A stretch of 64,000 nt of DNA. Origin: Hormiphora californensis (taxonomy: Eukaryota; Animalia; Ctenophora). Below, one piece after another: positions 1 to 15,100 of the stretch. The notes beneath the pieces were generated by a model. That model did no database searches, was not told the DNA's origin, and saw only the letters and a list, made by a program, of their open reading frames with translations. A program made the position numbers and the translations under genes. The first letter of the stretch is position 1, and every line of letters starts with the position of its first letter. Location of the stretch: contig CM035357.1 of NCBI GenBank assembly GCA_020137815.1, positions 3,906,001-3,970,000 of the forward strand, written 5' to 3'.

Positions 1-152
1 CGACTGTACATACTTTCTTTTTATTCTAAGCACGGACATAGTGTCAGGCGACTGAACAATTTTGCTTCTTGTGTTCATGTGCAAAACTCATATATCCAGA
101 CCTAGCATCATTGTCGATTCACTGTTCTAACACAACTGCACATTATTTCCAG

Positions 153-3100
153 GGTTCCTTTATCAGCCCCGACACGGGATACTTCTCCCTCTCGTCCAAG
201 GGTGGCTCTCTGGTTGAAGTCCCTGTGGCCGGATCAGACAGTGCAACTGCAGGTCACACTACGGATCTGATAGTGAAACATGAGGATTTGGACAGGCCAC
301 GTGGTGTTGTGGTGCAGCTGGTTAGAATGGATGTTACTGGTGAGTTAGTTAACTATTAACTGATTAATAAATTAATTAATTAGTTGAATGATGGAGTGAG
401 TTGTGTTTGTTTAGAAAAACCCCCCAACTAAAAAGGCCTTTTTATTGGCTTTGTGGGAGAGATAAGAAGGAGACTTTAAAGTTTGGAGGTCTAGAAGTTA
501 CTATTATTAGTATTATAGGGGAGTATTGCACCACAGCTGGACACCTTGCAAGGCCTTGCTAGTATTATCATATTGTGCAGCTGTTAATCATTACAGCCTC
601 TATCAAAACCAAATGTTATGTCTCCAGAGCATACAATTGGGGGAGGCTGCCGCAAGAATTTCATCGCAAATTTGCCTCATAGATCTCTAAATTTTTGCCC
701 GAAAATCAAACATCTCAAAAATCTCAGCTACCCTAAAAATCGCGAAAGAGGCATGATTTTCTTGCGGCAGCCCCCCCCCCCTCCCCACGATTTTAGAATC
801 TTGACATAATCTAACTATATTCGAGTGACTACTTCCCCGATTGGCTGAGACTGCCTCGACGATTGACGAAGAAGAAGACTACTTCCCCTCTGACAGACTG
901 CTTCATATCATATCGTAGTTTAAAGTGAGAGAGAACAGCAGGGATTTTCACAAAAAGTTATCTGGATACTCCTTGATGGCTAACTAAAACTTTAGTGAAA
1001 ACCGCATGTCTCTAGCATGTTTTTGAAAATCGAGCTAACACATGCGAGACGCACCATTATGGGCATATAATGGGCGTAAATTTATATTGTACATGCAGTT
1101 ACGCCCATTATGTATCCATATAACTTTTTGTGAAAATCCCTGCTGTTCTCTCTCACTTTAACGCAACACGTACAGCAATAAACCACGTTTTACCGTACAC
1201 CTTGATTTACCGTACACAATACACATAAAGGGGGGGGGGGGGGCAAGGCCAAAAAAAGCCAAACCCGCCCTGAAATCCGGGTCTGATCTGGCTTTTTTTG
1301 ATCTGGCTTTTTTTGGCTTTTTTTGATCTGGCTTTTTTTGGCTTTTTTTGATCTGGCTTTTTTGGCCTTTTTTGGCTTTTTTTGATCTGGCTTTTTTTGG
1401 ATCTGGCTTTTTTTGGCCTTTTTTGGCTTTTTTTGATCTGGCTTTTTTTGATTTGGCAGTTCTGATCTGGCTTTTTTTGGCTTTTTTTGATCTGGCTTTT
1501 TTTGATCTGGCTTTTTTTGGCTTTTTTTGATCTGGCTTTTTTTGGCTTTTTTTGATCTGGCTTTTTTTGGCTTTTTTTGATCTGGCTTTTTTAAATCAAT
1601 CTTTTTTCGGTAAAAAAATTATTTCCCTATCGATATAAAATGATAAAACTAGATCAAAGAAGCCATTTTAAAGTGTTTTTAGTGTCATACAGACCATATA
1701 ATGTCAGAATTACATGCCAAAATGACCAAAAAAGTAGGGCCAAAAAAAGCCAAACCCGCCCTAAAATCCGGGATTGATCTGGCTTTTTTTGGCCTTGGCC
1801 CCCCCCCCCCCCCCCCATAAACTCTACCCACATAGGAAATCGAGGGTAGATCGAGGTTTGACCTCAAAAAACTAAAAAAACCTCCTGCAGTCATAGTAGT
1901 CCCTTCTACTACCGCACAGCTGCTACTCGATAGTATTGCTCCCGGACGACTCAGCGATCCAAACCAAACCAAACCTCCTGCAGGATCTCACAAGTGTGGT
2001 ATGATGGCTAGCGTGCCCAGAACCCAGATAATCCGTAATGTAGCATTTCTCGGGGAGGCTACAACTCTAAGTTCATTCTGCCTTGTGCCTGGTGGGAGGT
2101 ATGAGTTGCAAATTGGAGCAGTAAACAGTGGTGAGGAAGTGTCTGTAAAGGAGGTTAGTAGATAGATAGTTTTATGAAGGAGCAACTTTTTTGTATTGGT
2201 GTTCAACAATCAACGCATACCTTGATTCCCCCTTCCCTCCTCCCTAAATTCCATAAAAACCATCTGTAATTTTCTGTTTTCTAAGTCTCTGTGGTAGTAG
2301 GGTGGTTCCCTTCGTGGGGTGACGCTGCCACGTCTCTCTCCTGATCTCCTAAACAACTGTAAATTTTCAGATAGGATCGATCCTTCCGGAAGCTGCCTTC
2401 CCTGACAACACCGAGCTGTCAGCCTATCTGGACAACTACCGTCAGGAGGGATGTACCTTGTATCCGAACGGAGTGGATCCCACCCCGACATGCCTACATT
2501 TGGCAAACCTTATCTCTTATCTCGCTGATCCAGGGCGACAGACAGAAATGGGCAAGTTGATATTACTGGGGTTCTAATTACATATTTTCATGTAATTTTC
2601 ACCCAAGCCGTACAAAACTTGGTATAGTAACTGGTAGCCCCCCTCTCTATCTCTGGGCACTCTCTCATGTATGAGCTGTTGAGAGGGCCATACAGTTCAC
2701 TGTATTTCTATCCACCCACCCCCCATTCAGATTGTAATGTGAGGTTGTGTGAAAAGTCCTCTCCGGTGGCGGAGGTATCGGATGTTAGTGACGGTGTCAC
2801 TATGGATACCCTGGATTCGTCTGTTAGACTACCACCTGGCGCTCAGGTAAACATGGTAACGAGGTTGGGGGAAGGTAACCATGGTAACGAGGTGGGGGAA
2901 GGTAACCATGGTACCAGGGTTGGGGAAGGTAACCATGGTACCAGGGTTGGGGGAGTTAACCATGGTAACAGGGTTGGGGGAGTTAACCATGGTAACGGGG
3001 TGGGGGAAGGTAACCATGGTAACGGGGGGAATTGTCCGCTAAATCACCCCATATATATCACAGTGAAACTCACAAGTTTGGTTTACAAACAATGCGACAC

Positions 3101-6100
3101 AAACATGAGCACAACAATTATAATCACATTGTCTTCTTCTTCTCTACACTATCTGATCAGCAAACACGACGTAGTTACCAGCTATAATATATTGTTTTTA
3201 CCAAAGACTTTGAACTACAGATCAAAGTCATTTGAAATGTTTTTCTCATTTACAAAATATTTTGCATAGTCCAGCTGTGGTCCGGCACCATCCTTTGAAG
3301 ATGAAAGTTCTCACGAATACTTAGTCTTTGGACATAATGCATCTTCTGATGACAGAGTGGCATAATGCTGGGTGGAAATACCCAGATTTCACGAAACAGC
3401 GTATTGTTTGAAATATATGAATCTAGAGTATATCACTAGGGGCGGTATATAATTACCCATGGTAATCTAAAGTACATCACTACAACTGTCCCAGCGGAAG
3501 GTAACGCAATACCAACACGACTTGAACGCCCTCTTCGAGAACTCCCTCATCCTCTTGATCCTCACAAAGTAAACAAAACTGTTCGCCACAGAGTTGAGCA
3601 TCGCCAGGGAGGTTGTGATCTCCAAACCATACAAGTATACCTCCTTACTAAAATGAATGTTGGACATGAACACAACGGATGTGGTGATGATGGGGAGATT
3701 AAGGAACACGCACAAGAGTGTGATTATTAGGATTGTTTTGGTAGCTTTGGCTTTCTGGAGGCTTCTTATTACGGGTGAATTAACACTGGTGCCATACCCG
3801 CTCACTGCGCTGGTCCGGGTAGAGCTGCAGGATGTTGCGGCTGCTGGGTTGCTCTTCCGTTGGACTCTCTTGAGATTCACCACGCAGATCACCCCGGCAA
3901 CCGTTCCCACTAGCAACGGTCCTCCAATCTCACCAAACAGGGTGAAAATGGCAAACAGTAAATGTTGTATCACCTTATCAAAGACCCCGTGGAGACCGTC
4001 AAAGTGGCAGGACAGCCTCTCCGGAAAGTAGATGGAGTGAACGCCAAGAAGCAGGGGCGGGAGAGATTCTTGAATTATTAGCAGGACACCATACCCCGAC
4101 ATTGCAAGAACTATAGACCCCTTGGTACAGGAACGGAATGGATACATCAGGTTAAATGCCCTCATTACGGACAGCACGGCAATTAGGAACATGGAGTACC
4201 GGATGGACACCTCACACAGGATATCCCAGAGGCTACACAGGATGGTGACACCAAACATGCCCGGGGAGCCCTGGAGCAGGAAGGAGATGGAGACGGGCAG
4301 GTTTAGGAGGCATATGACCAGGTCCGTGGCTGATATAACCCGGTACACCAGGGTGCAGGTCTTGTTGCGGTTACGGGAGGTGAAGAAGTAGGCCAGGGCG
4401 AAGGTATTAGAGGGGACACCCACCACCAGACATAGGAGTGAGGCTGTACCGAATATATACATGCTATATAGGGAACATGAGGTTTTGATTAGAATGATAA
4501 GAGAGAAATCCTTATAAATCCCAAAAGCATATATTGTGATGAATCCCTTAAAATAATCGGAGATAAATGTGGCTAGTATTTTAACAGTATAAATTTGAAG
4601 TACAGTCGGACCCCGATTTAGGGGCCCCCGATTTAGTGGCACCCCGATTTAGGGACAGGATTTTTTTCCCTGATATAGGAAATTAACCTTATTTGACCCC
4701 GATTTAGTGGACACCCCGATTTAGTGGACAAGAGCCTTTCCCCCGAGGGTGTCCCTAAATCGGGGCCCGACTGTATAGCAATAAGTGATAAAGGGAACAG
4801 AACTGATTTTGATGAACCTCGTTGAGAATGTTCATTTGTGGCCTAAACGAGTCGAGCTTCATTAAAATTGGGGCTGCTATTCGACGACCGACGAGTATAA
4901 GGCCTATGGAGTAATAAGCATTAAGCTTTCATTGCCTACCAAAAGAATAAGACGAGAGCAGTAAAAAGGGGTGTCAACCTCTCTAACAAGATTGAAAATG
5001 TTGGTGAAAAGCACGCATCACGATCCAATCTCATTTGTGAGACGTGAAGTGTGTGTGTGTGTAATAACCTCAAGGATAAGATAAGGTCAGTTTAAAGAAC
5101 GTCTGTACAAATTAGCAAAATTTTTCAAACAGGCTTATTGATATGAAATCTAATTGTTTAGGCTATTCTTTATGCTTCATCTGGTCAGAAATTAAATAAA
5201 ATATGTTTATCTGAAGGAACGAAGTCAATATCTGTTGTGGAGCCGGAGATATTAGTGCAGACTTTTGTGGAGCACATTTTTTGTGGAGCAGGGCTGTAGT
5301 GACCACATTTTAACTTCAAAAATTCTGGTTTTTTTACTGAAGCATCTAGTTAACAAGGCGAATATTTTCTGATATTTTGTTTTAAAAATGGAGGCCCAAC
5401 TAATGTGGAGCAGGGCTATTTTAACCAAATTTTAGGCTTCAAGCCGGCCCAACCGGGGTGTAACGTTACGATAGAATCATGCGATTTTCACAAGAGTTAA
5501 CCTTATGTAATTTTTGAATTTTTAGACTAATGTTTTATACTCAAAACTGCCCAACCGATGTGGAGCTGGCTTTAGAAAAAGACGGACTAAAATCTAAAGA
5601 TTTATTAATTAATGTATTATTTCAAAAATTGGTCAAAATACCACTATAATGTAAAATATTATCATTTTGTGTCAATAATATTGGAGATGGTGTATGTTTC
5701 CACCTTGTGGAGCATGCTGAAGTGTTATTCGGCCCAACTGTGTGGAGACAAGTGGTTTTTAACGATTCAAAACACTCCACATGGTTGAACATTGAGTTTT
5801 ATTCCCTGAATTCATTATGGGTTGCTCTTATAACCAATTCTGTGCACTTATAATATAATGAGAACCTGAAAATCGGCCCAACTAGTGTGGATCGAACAGT
5901 TATTGAGCACCATGCATGCAGCTCTCTGTATTTGAAATTAACTTCAATTGATTAAACCACGATACAAATCGAGATTTAATCAATTTTAGGTCATTAATTG
6001 GCTTGATAGACAATATCCCAACCATGTGGAGCCTCTTGATATGTCTGTGCCCAACCATGAGGAGCTATAGGGCAATAATTGGTAGGATTTCTCTAAATAA

Positions 6101-9100
6101 ACTTACAGGCCCCTCATAGGCTATTTTTCAGTGCTCCACACGGTTGGGCTTGATATTTCGCATTGTTTACTAGTTCAAATTGTTTATTGCTATACCCTTC
6201 GATGAAACAATGATAAAATATTCGTAAATATGCTTCATTATTATTTCATTTAATAATTTCGAAACTCCTTACTTAAAACTAAGTCTCCACTCTGTTGGGC
6301 CATCCATTTTTAAATGGAAATCATTATTATAGTTAGTAAATAGCAAGTACAACAGTTTTATATGATATTTAGTGACTATAAATTTGAAACAATGGCAATA
6401 AAAATCAATTTTGTAATTTTATTTTCCCTATTGCTTACTTAAAAGTTTGCTCCACACTGGTTGGGCTCGTAAAACTTAAAAATGCTACTAAGTTCAATAA
6501 GTTGAATGTTTTCGAATATATTCCCGTTGTAAGGTCGTAAAAATTTGCTTATTATTTTAGCTAAATATAGCTTCGAAAATCAGTCACTCTTTTCATGATT
6601 GCTCCACATAGGTTGGGCGTCAAAACCGGCCCAACCGGGGGTTTGTGGATTCCTTCATTGATTGCTAATGGATCTGGTTTAAAAAATATGAAAAATATTT
6701 GATAATTATTTCTCTATGGAAATTTCATTAAAGCCTGGTTTCTCCTCGTCATAGGCTCCACATCGGTTGGACCATGAAGTATTTGATCGGTTGAAACTTT
6801 AAAGCATAGTATTTGTGTTATAATACCCAAATTTGGGTGTCTCAATTGCTCCACATGTTGCTGGGCATTGATTTTAGTAATGACAGTCATAAAATTATGA
6901 CTGAGGCACCCCGAAAAGTGTACAGACGTTCTTTAAACTGACCATAAGGAGGATCTTTTATTGACTTTTCCGGACTCTTGATGGAATTTAGGAGAATAAA
7001 ATAAAGTGTTGGGATAGTACTGCAGAGTCCATGAACACTGTGGATTACTATTCCAATTGAACAGCTTTAATGGAGCTAAATCTTTGTTCTATGGCGCTAT
7101 AGTAATGCACTAGGTCATTCAAATAAATAACTATATCGATGGTTATTTATATGAATGACCTGATGGCCATCACGCCTTTTGTCTAGATCACCTGCTTGAA
7201 TGCAAATTAACACGCATAATGGTATAAATGAGGCATAAACTCTGGCCACTGGCACGTTATTTCAGATACCTTTCTCCCAGCGCGCCGCTGGGAGAAGGTA
7301 GCTGTAGTTTATCCGCCAGTGGCGGATAAACTGGTTTAAATCACGACGACGATCCTGAGGCGTAGCCGAGGGAGAGGCGGAGGGGTTTAAACCAATAACG
7401 TGCCATTGGTCAGAGTTTATGGGTTATATACCCTGCTTTAGTTGTTTGTTTCAAGTATTACACACTAACAAGAGAGAGAACACTAATCAAAACACACAAA
7501 GAGAACTGAGAAACAGTCAAAAACATCTCTCAATTGTGTGTATATTGTTTGGTAACAGTTACTAAGGAGAGAGAGAAAGAAATAACAAGATATGGGGCAT
7601 GCCAGACATAACACAGAGGAATTGAGATAGTGAAACAAAAGGGGAGATAAAGAGAGAGAAATTGACGGAATGTGTTGTTTCTTTCTCTCCAATGCAGTGT
7701 GTAACTCTTGCAAACAGTGTTCCCTCTGTATTTCAGTAAGAACTGATCATTTACACACACTTTGAATGTAACATAGGAGTTAATAATAAACAGCCAGCCA
7801 GTGGGAAATAATCTGCCGCTGGACTGGCTGTATATTGAGAGCGCGCCAGTGGGACTTCTCGCCGCTGGCGGGTTATTTAAGTTAGCAGGGTATATAGCTT
7901 TTAAAACTTTTTCTCGCTTTGACGCGTATCACGTAGTTGCATTATATAGGTACGCAGTTTGACTAAAATCTATAGCTAAATGATATCTTTACATCACCTT
8001 TGAAGATATTTTAAATGCTTATAATGGTGGGGGGGGAGGTTGACCAATGGGGGATTGGTATTAAAATTTATATCACACCACAAATATATCACACCACGAT
8101 ATCATTTAGTCGAGTGCATCCAATATCACAGCTTTTATGCAGCGTTAAAATATAAATTCAAGAGTTCCCAAGAATCAAAACACTCGATAACGTTATAACT
8201 GCTGTTAGCTGATCAATTAACCTATTAATTAGTCTACTAATTAGCCTACTAATTAACATATTAACAATTTATAGTTGATTGTCCTTGCCTCGGATATTCT
8301 GATGAAATACAATTTGTATTGAAACATGTGTAAACTGTTGAACTAAAACTTCCTTGTTTTACTTGCATATTAACAATTTAATTATCTTAATCAGGTAACT
8401 CTGCTGGTTTCGGCGATAACAAGTGGACCTAACGATCTAGTAGTGGAGAGAAGTGGAGAGAAGCCCCTGATACAAGTTCGCGTTGCCTATGGGGGAAATG
8501 AAAACTCACGCAACGGTACAATGGGTAACGAAATCACCCCTACCTTGCGTGCCTCGGTTATGGGGGGGGGGGTAATTTATTCACCAATAAAATGACAGGC
8601 TGAGTTAAAATATATAACGCAGTAGCTAGCATATGGGTCATTCTCATGAAATTGACACCAAAATTTCAAACTTGTCCGATTTCGATAAAACTTATATCAT
8701 CTGAAAGCACGTAATGGACTTAGTATTTCTGTATACGTGGACTTCATAATTATTGCATAATTAAATAATTATGAGTAATTAAAGCCGCGTACGTTACGCA
8801 ACGACCGTTACGTGATATATATGGGTCATTCTCATGAAATTGACACCAAAATTTCAAACTTGTCCGATTTCGATAAAACTTATATCATCTGAAAGCACGT
8901 AATGGCTATAGTGTTTCTGTAAACGCGGACGCATAATTATTGCATAATTAAATAATTATGAGTAATTTAAGCCGCGTACGTTACGCAACGACCGTTACGT
9001 GATGGACGTTACAATGCAATTTAATTACAATTGCATGTGAAGTGGTCGTAATGACCATAACGTCTATGGTCGTTACAAATTTAACGACCGTTACGTGATG

Positions 9101-12100
9101 GTCATTATTTCGTAACGTCCATAACGTTACGGACGTTACAGGTGTAATGTCTGTGCAAATAACTTTGTGGCGGAGTCAAATTCATGACCTTATAAGGTCT
9201 GTCACGGTCATTACATCTTGAATTTTGTAATGTCCATAACGTCATGGTCGTTACTTTCGTAGCGACCATAACGTTACGGACGTTACAAATTTAACGACCG
9301 TTACGTTACGGTCGAATGTCACGGTCGTTACAATCATTACATTTTTCACTATCAAAGCAATTTAAATCCAAATTAGTTACAAGTATGCTTTCATATTTCC
9401 CAATCAGACAGATCTTTTTGAGAGCTACCGCTGGATACCCATTTTTACGTCGTACGACAACCATAACTGATTTTATGAGCGATTTTATGAGCGTCACGGT
9501 CGTCATGGTCATTACGTCCACGACAAAAATCGGTCATTTTTAGCATATTATGCGTCATTATTCATTCCTATGATACATAATTGTACTAAGCTGTTCATTT
9601 TTCGTTAATTTAGACATTTTTCTACATTCTGGTACCAAAATTACCAAAGTTGACCAATGTTAAGATGCTCTAAAGGCAGGACCAAAATCTCTCATCTCGA
9701 AGTGTCAATTTTATGAGAATGACCCATATATGGATCTGTCTAACTCGACCGTCTAAAGATTTAAACGCTGTAACTAGATATTTCCTACGTTGCAGACGTA
9801 TGAACAACGGATGAATCTTAATTACCTTTTTTAGAAATCTTTGAATTTCTTGGCCGAAACAAGTTGTGACACACCCCCTGCAGATCTAACTGCACCCCCT
9901 GCAGATCTAACTGCACCCCCTGCAGATCTAACTGCACCCCCGGCCCTGCAGATCCATACTAATTCCCTGCATGCCCCTCCTCAGCGATGATTCCCTGCCG
10001 TGCCTCAGCTACTACAGCCCTCACTGGCGTGGCAGAGTTCACACTGCGTGACCGGTCAGAGGAGTTATGCATGAGCACGGATGGGCTCTATAGGATAACT
10101 GTTACTAACTCCGGAAGCAGACCCGTCACTATTTACAAGGTATTATAAGGCCATCCAGGGCCGGTATATACTATAAATAATACTACTGTTATACTGTTAT
10201 AGAGACATACTACTATATATATATATAAGGGACATGTGCCTCCCACCCACGTCATGTACGGGACTATTATAGATTGACCAGCTGTGGAAATTGAGAGACA
10301 TCAGGGCGTGTGCAGGGTGGAGGATAAATATGCTGAGGATAATTAACCGAGACGATAAAATATAATGGGTTAGATAAAGAGCGAGGGATATGGAAATATC
10401 CATCCGCCTCTCTTATTATCCGGATAAGAAGAGAGACGGATAGTTATAGTTATTGTCAAATTGAAATAATAGTTATGGTTATAGCTAAGGAGTAATACCA
10501 CTATTATAGAAGAGAGGGTGCAGTTATTGCGCCATACAATGTTTCAATATAAGTAACACTTTATAATCATGGTAAGTGCTGTTACTAACAGCACTTATCA
10601 TGATTAAACCTCGATTATAACACTTCTGTACTTCTATAGCTACTACAATATCAACTGCATTAGTTGTCATACTGCAGTATAGTTGTCATACTGCAGTATA
10701 GTTGTCATACTACAGTCATACTACAGCTGTTACAGTCGGACCCCGATTTACCGGGATGGTCGGGGGAAAGGGTTTTGCCCGGTAAATCGGGGTGCCCGGT
10801 ATATCGGGGTGATATTCCATTAATTTCCTAAATCGGGGGAAGTTTTTCCTCCCGGTCAATCGGAGCCCGGTAAATCGGGGTCCGACTGTACATATCGGGA
10901 TCTGATAAGGTTCAAATTTTATATAATCAACAAATAAGGTATATATCTCCACAAGTCTCAGGGTTGTCGATCCTAAAGTTATGGTAAATGTGTCAAAAAT
11001 TTAAAAGATGGCAGCAAATGATATTCCGTTAGAAATTATATTTAAAGTGAAAGTAGGTCGGAACGATGCCGTGGTGCTGATCTCCTATTACGAATGGCGT
11101 TCAACGACGGTCCATTTTTGGTACAGATTTTGGTACAGAGATAATATTATAGCCACGCAACTTATCGAATTAATAAATTTTGTCCCAGGTGTATACAACA
11201 CTCCCACAAAACCCTCTCCTCCCTTCGACCGCCCTCGAGTCTCTGGATACTCTTCGCAACTCGTGTGGCGAACTGGGAGATATTCTGTCCTCAGACTGCT
11301 CCAAAGCGTACCAAGATTTGACTAACTCCATCAACGAACATAACAGGAAATTCCAAGGTGATAATGATTACATGTTGATATATTACAAAACTATTTAACC
11401 TTCAGCGACACCATTGATGTCGATAGTTTGGGGCGATAATTCGTTTAACGGCGGCTTAGAATTGCAAATGATCCATGTCTACTCTATAGCGTAGCAGTAT
11501 TTGTTTCGCAGTATTTGTTTCGAGATTTATAAATCTTACCCTTATAAATCTCGAAACAAATACTGCACATAATTTAGTGCAGCTTGAATCAAGCTTGATC
11601 AATGTGTTTGTTTCTTAGGAAGCGAATAGAAAATTCTAGAATGTCTTTGTATTTGCAGTTCTCAACGAATATATGGCGGTGCATGAGTGCACGATGAAAT
11701 TTTCAACAAAAACATGAAAAAAAGAAAAAAAATGAAAAAGAAAAAAAGAAAAATTTTTTTTAAATGAAAAAAACGATATTTGAAAATTTTGTGTGCACTC
11801 ATGCGCCGCGTGAACGGCTCAAAAGTGCACGGTAAAAAAATTGTTCCATTTTTTTTGACAAATGTTCATTTGACTCAAATGTTGTTTTTAGACGTCGTCC
11901 CACCGTCCGCCAAGCTTGACACGTCGTCTAGACCGAGGCTGTACCTGTCTAGACGTGTTTTACCTCAGATGGGCTTGAGACGGATTCAGATGGGCTTGAA
12001 ACGGGCTAAAACAGGCTCAAACAGGCTCGAAACGGACTTGAAAGAGGCTTGAGACGGGTTGAAATAGGCTAAAGACTTGAGTTTTACGAGTAGCCCGTCT

Positions 12101-15100
12101 CAAGCCCATCTCAAGCCTGTTTCGAGCCCGTTTCAAGTCCATTTCAAGCCCATTTCAAGCCCATTTCAACCCGTCTCAAACCCATTTGACTCCATCTCAA
12201 GCCCATCTGGGGTAAAACACGTCTAGACAGGTACAGCCTCGGTCTAGACGACGTGTCAAGCTTGGCGGACGGTGGGACGACGTCTAAAAACAACATTTGA
12301 GTCAAATGAACATTTGTCAAAAAAATGGAACAATTTTTTTACCGTGCACTTTTGAGCCGTTCACGCGGCGCATGAGTGCACACAAAATTTTCAAATATCG
12401 TTTTTTTCATTTAAAAAAAATTTTTCTTTTTTTCTTTTTCATTTTTTTTCTTTTTTTCATGTTTTTGTTGAAAATTTCATCGTGCACTCATGCACCGCCA
12501 TAGCAGACAGTATAGGTGGTCCAGCGTGGACCAGGTCCACGGAATCGGATTGTTGGTTATGGTTATAGCGAGGTGTGGCGTCCAATTAATTGCCAAAATG
12601 GCAATTATACCATCTCCGTCCATAATGATCAACGTGCTATAAGTTTCTAGAAGAAAACCTTTAGAATGTTTCGAAATATTTAATGCAAGATTTATAGGTC
12701 TCAAAGCTGTGGCCTCATAAAAAAGTCGGACCCAATATACACCTGGCCCCGATTTAATGGGAGAATAAATGAAAAAATTAAAAAAAGTCGAGACCACAAC
12801 CTGTGCAGCATGTGGGATGGAAGACGAGACAATAAAGCATGTACTTACTGAATGCCCCGCCCTTTGGAAACTCCGACAGGAATCCTTTGACAGGCTGGGC
12901 CTCAGCATGTACGAAATTAGACACCATCAACCCCTTAGAAAAACGATATCGTTCTATAAGAAGGCGATGGAGATACTTCACCCCCCTGAAACCACCCCTT
13001 AAAAGGAGGTTTCTCCTGTGACCTGGTATGGCACCAGCTCCCCAAGTCTCCTTGGGCCGAAGCAGTTGGCAACATACCAGCCACACCACCCAGGACGCGG
13101 GGAACGGGAGCCCCATGGCACCCACCCCTTACTGGCTAGTGCTTCGCACTAGCCAGCGTCCTCCCAGAAGAAGAAGAAGAAGACCCCGATATACCGGGCA
13201 AAACCATCCCCCCCCCCAGTAAATCGGGGTCCGGCTATATTTCCCTGATCTGTAACTCCGTATCCAAGTTTTATTTGTCCAGAGCTGAAGTGCGGGCTAC
13301 CATACAAAACATGAATTTCCTGCGCCGCATATATAATTGCACACTCAGTAGATGAGGCCAGTTAGAACTAAAAAAGCCACAATCAACTCGACAACTGGAC
13401 ATGGGAAACAGGCACTTCAACCTCACTACAGGGGGATCCGACCCACCTCACTCCCCTTTTAAACTTATAACACACTGACTAGCCCCTCCCTTTTAGATTA
13501 CTCACTATATGAACTACCCACTATAACTACCCTCTCCCCATTTTGCTTCTTCCCTACCCCCAGTTTGACATAATAGCTGTTTATCTGTCTATCTGATAAC
13601 GTGGTTATACGTAACCCTTCGTAGAATCCCCTAGACTAGGGCGGGTTATAGTGGGCTACCAAACAAATATTAAACCCCCTCCTTAATTCCAAATATGACC
13701 CAATAATTATCTCTCCATTCCAACTAATTAATGAAAGATTAATTAATTAACCATTAACTATATCTCTCAGTTGATTGTTCAGTTGAGCTATGTCTACCGG
13801 AGGGATTGATCTGGAAGGAAGGTGACAGAGTGGGCGGGAGTAATAACGATATCACTGATTCTGGTGCGGTTTCGCTATCTGGTAAGTATAGTTTAAATAA
13901 ACTTAGTGTAAAATAATCATGATGGAAATTTTTTGCAAGGATCCTGGATAACGATTAATATCTACAAATAGTGACTGCATGAAGATTAAATCGAGACATC
14001 AACAATACGGAGTTATATAATATCCCCATGGTGTTACTAATTTAATTGTGTGGCGATCACACCATCATTTTATTTCAAAATGACATCAAAGAGCGTTCGG
14101 TAGAGATCTAAGGCGTCCCATCTGAGTAATGAAGACAGAGTATTATAGAAGACAGATCTATAACATTATCGAATTCTAAGAACTGCTAAAAGGATCTTTC
14201 ATTGGTTATGGGACCCATAATAATAATATGGGTAGCAATTAGAATCTACATTGAATCCAAACTGAGGAACTATAGTTTCAGTTTCAGTATCAGAGAAATT
14301 ACTGTAGTTTCAGTTTTAGTCTCACGTCTACCGCTACGTTATAGATTACCCCTATCTCATATTTACAAATCCCCCCAATCAGGAACTAACTGGTTTGTGG
14401 TTGACTTTGACGGCTCCAAGGTGCCCCGATCTGGTCTTATTTCTCTCATTCTGAGCATTAACAGGCAGGATCAGCAGTATGGACGGAGAATACAAGTTAC
14501 CCTTGTGCCAACGAGCAAAGTCTCAGGTAAAACTCAGCTAAACTAGATTGATGCGGGGAAGTGACGAGAAAAAAACCCAGCTCTATTCTTAGAATATCTT
14601 TCAAAGATTCATTAGTTTAATATACCGGTTAATGAAATATTCTCAAACCCTCTAAATAAGCTATTGCTTTGAAACTTACTTTGTGTGGATCATTATGAGA
14701 AACATTATTAGGATGAATTTTCTAGTTTATCTTGAACCTTACCTCCTGTTAGATCCGGTACAGTGTGGCACAGTATCGTCGGGTAAACAGCAAGTCCTGG
14801 ACAAGGTGATTCCTTGGGGAGTGAGATATGTGGAGGTGGGACCAGTGTGTGTGGACCCCCGGCTATCGTACCAGCTACAAGTCATGTACATGTAAGTTCA
14901 ATTAGTTCACATATATAACTACATCGACCTCTCCCAATTGTTCCAGTTTTTGTCACATCTGTTTGGAGCCTCGACACGACCTCTAAACAGGTGTTACTTT
15001 TTCACAAACTGTTTTCATCTTGGTGTAATCAGCATTTGAAATGTTGCTGATCATAACAAAAACCTAACTATTTTTTTTCAACTTGGGGTAAAACCATGGG

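Noticed and set aside
2667-3269. 200-aa ORF with GEGNHG repeats
   Set aside because: It is a laminin exon (2731-2846) read through into an intronic minisatellite.
4463-4642. N-terminal extension of the first GPCR
   Set aside because: It starts inside a MITE and crosses a likely splice acceptor.
5230-6870. CRISPR-like repeat-spacer array
   Set aside because: The motifs are short, degenerate, irregularly spaced and in both orientations within a eukaryotic TIR element; no cas genes.
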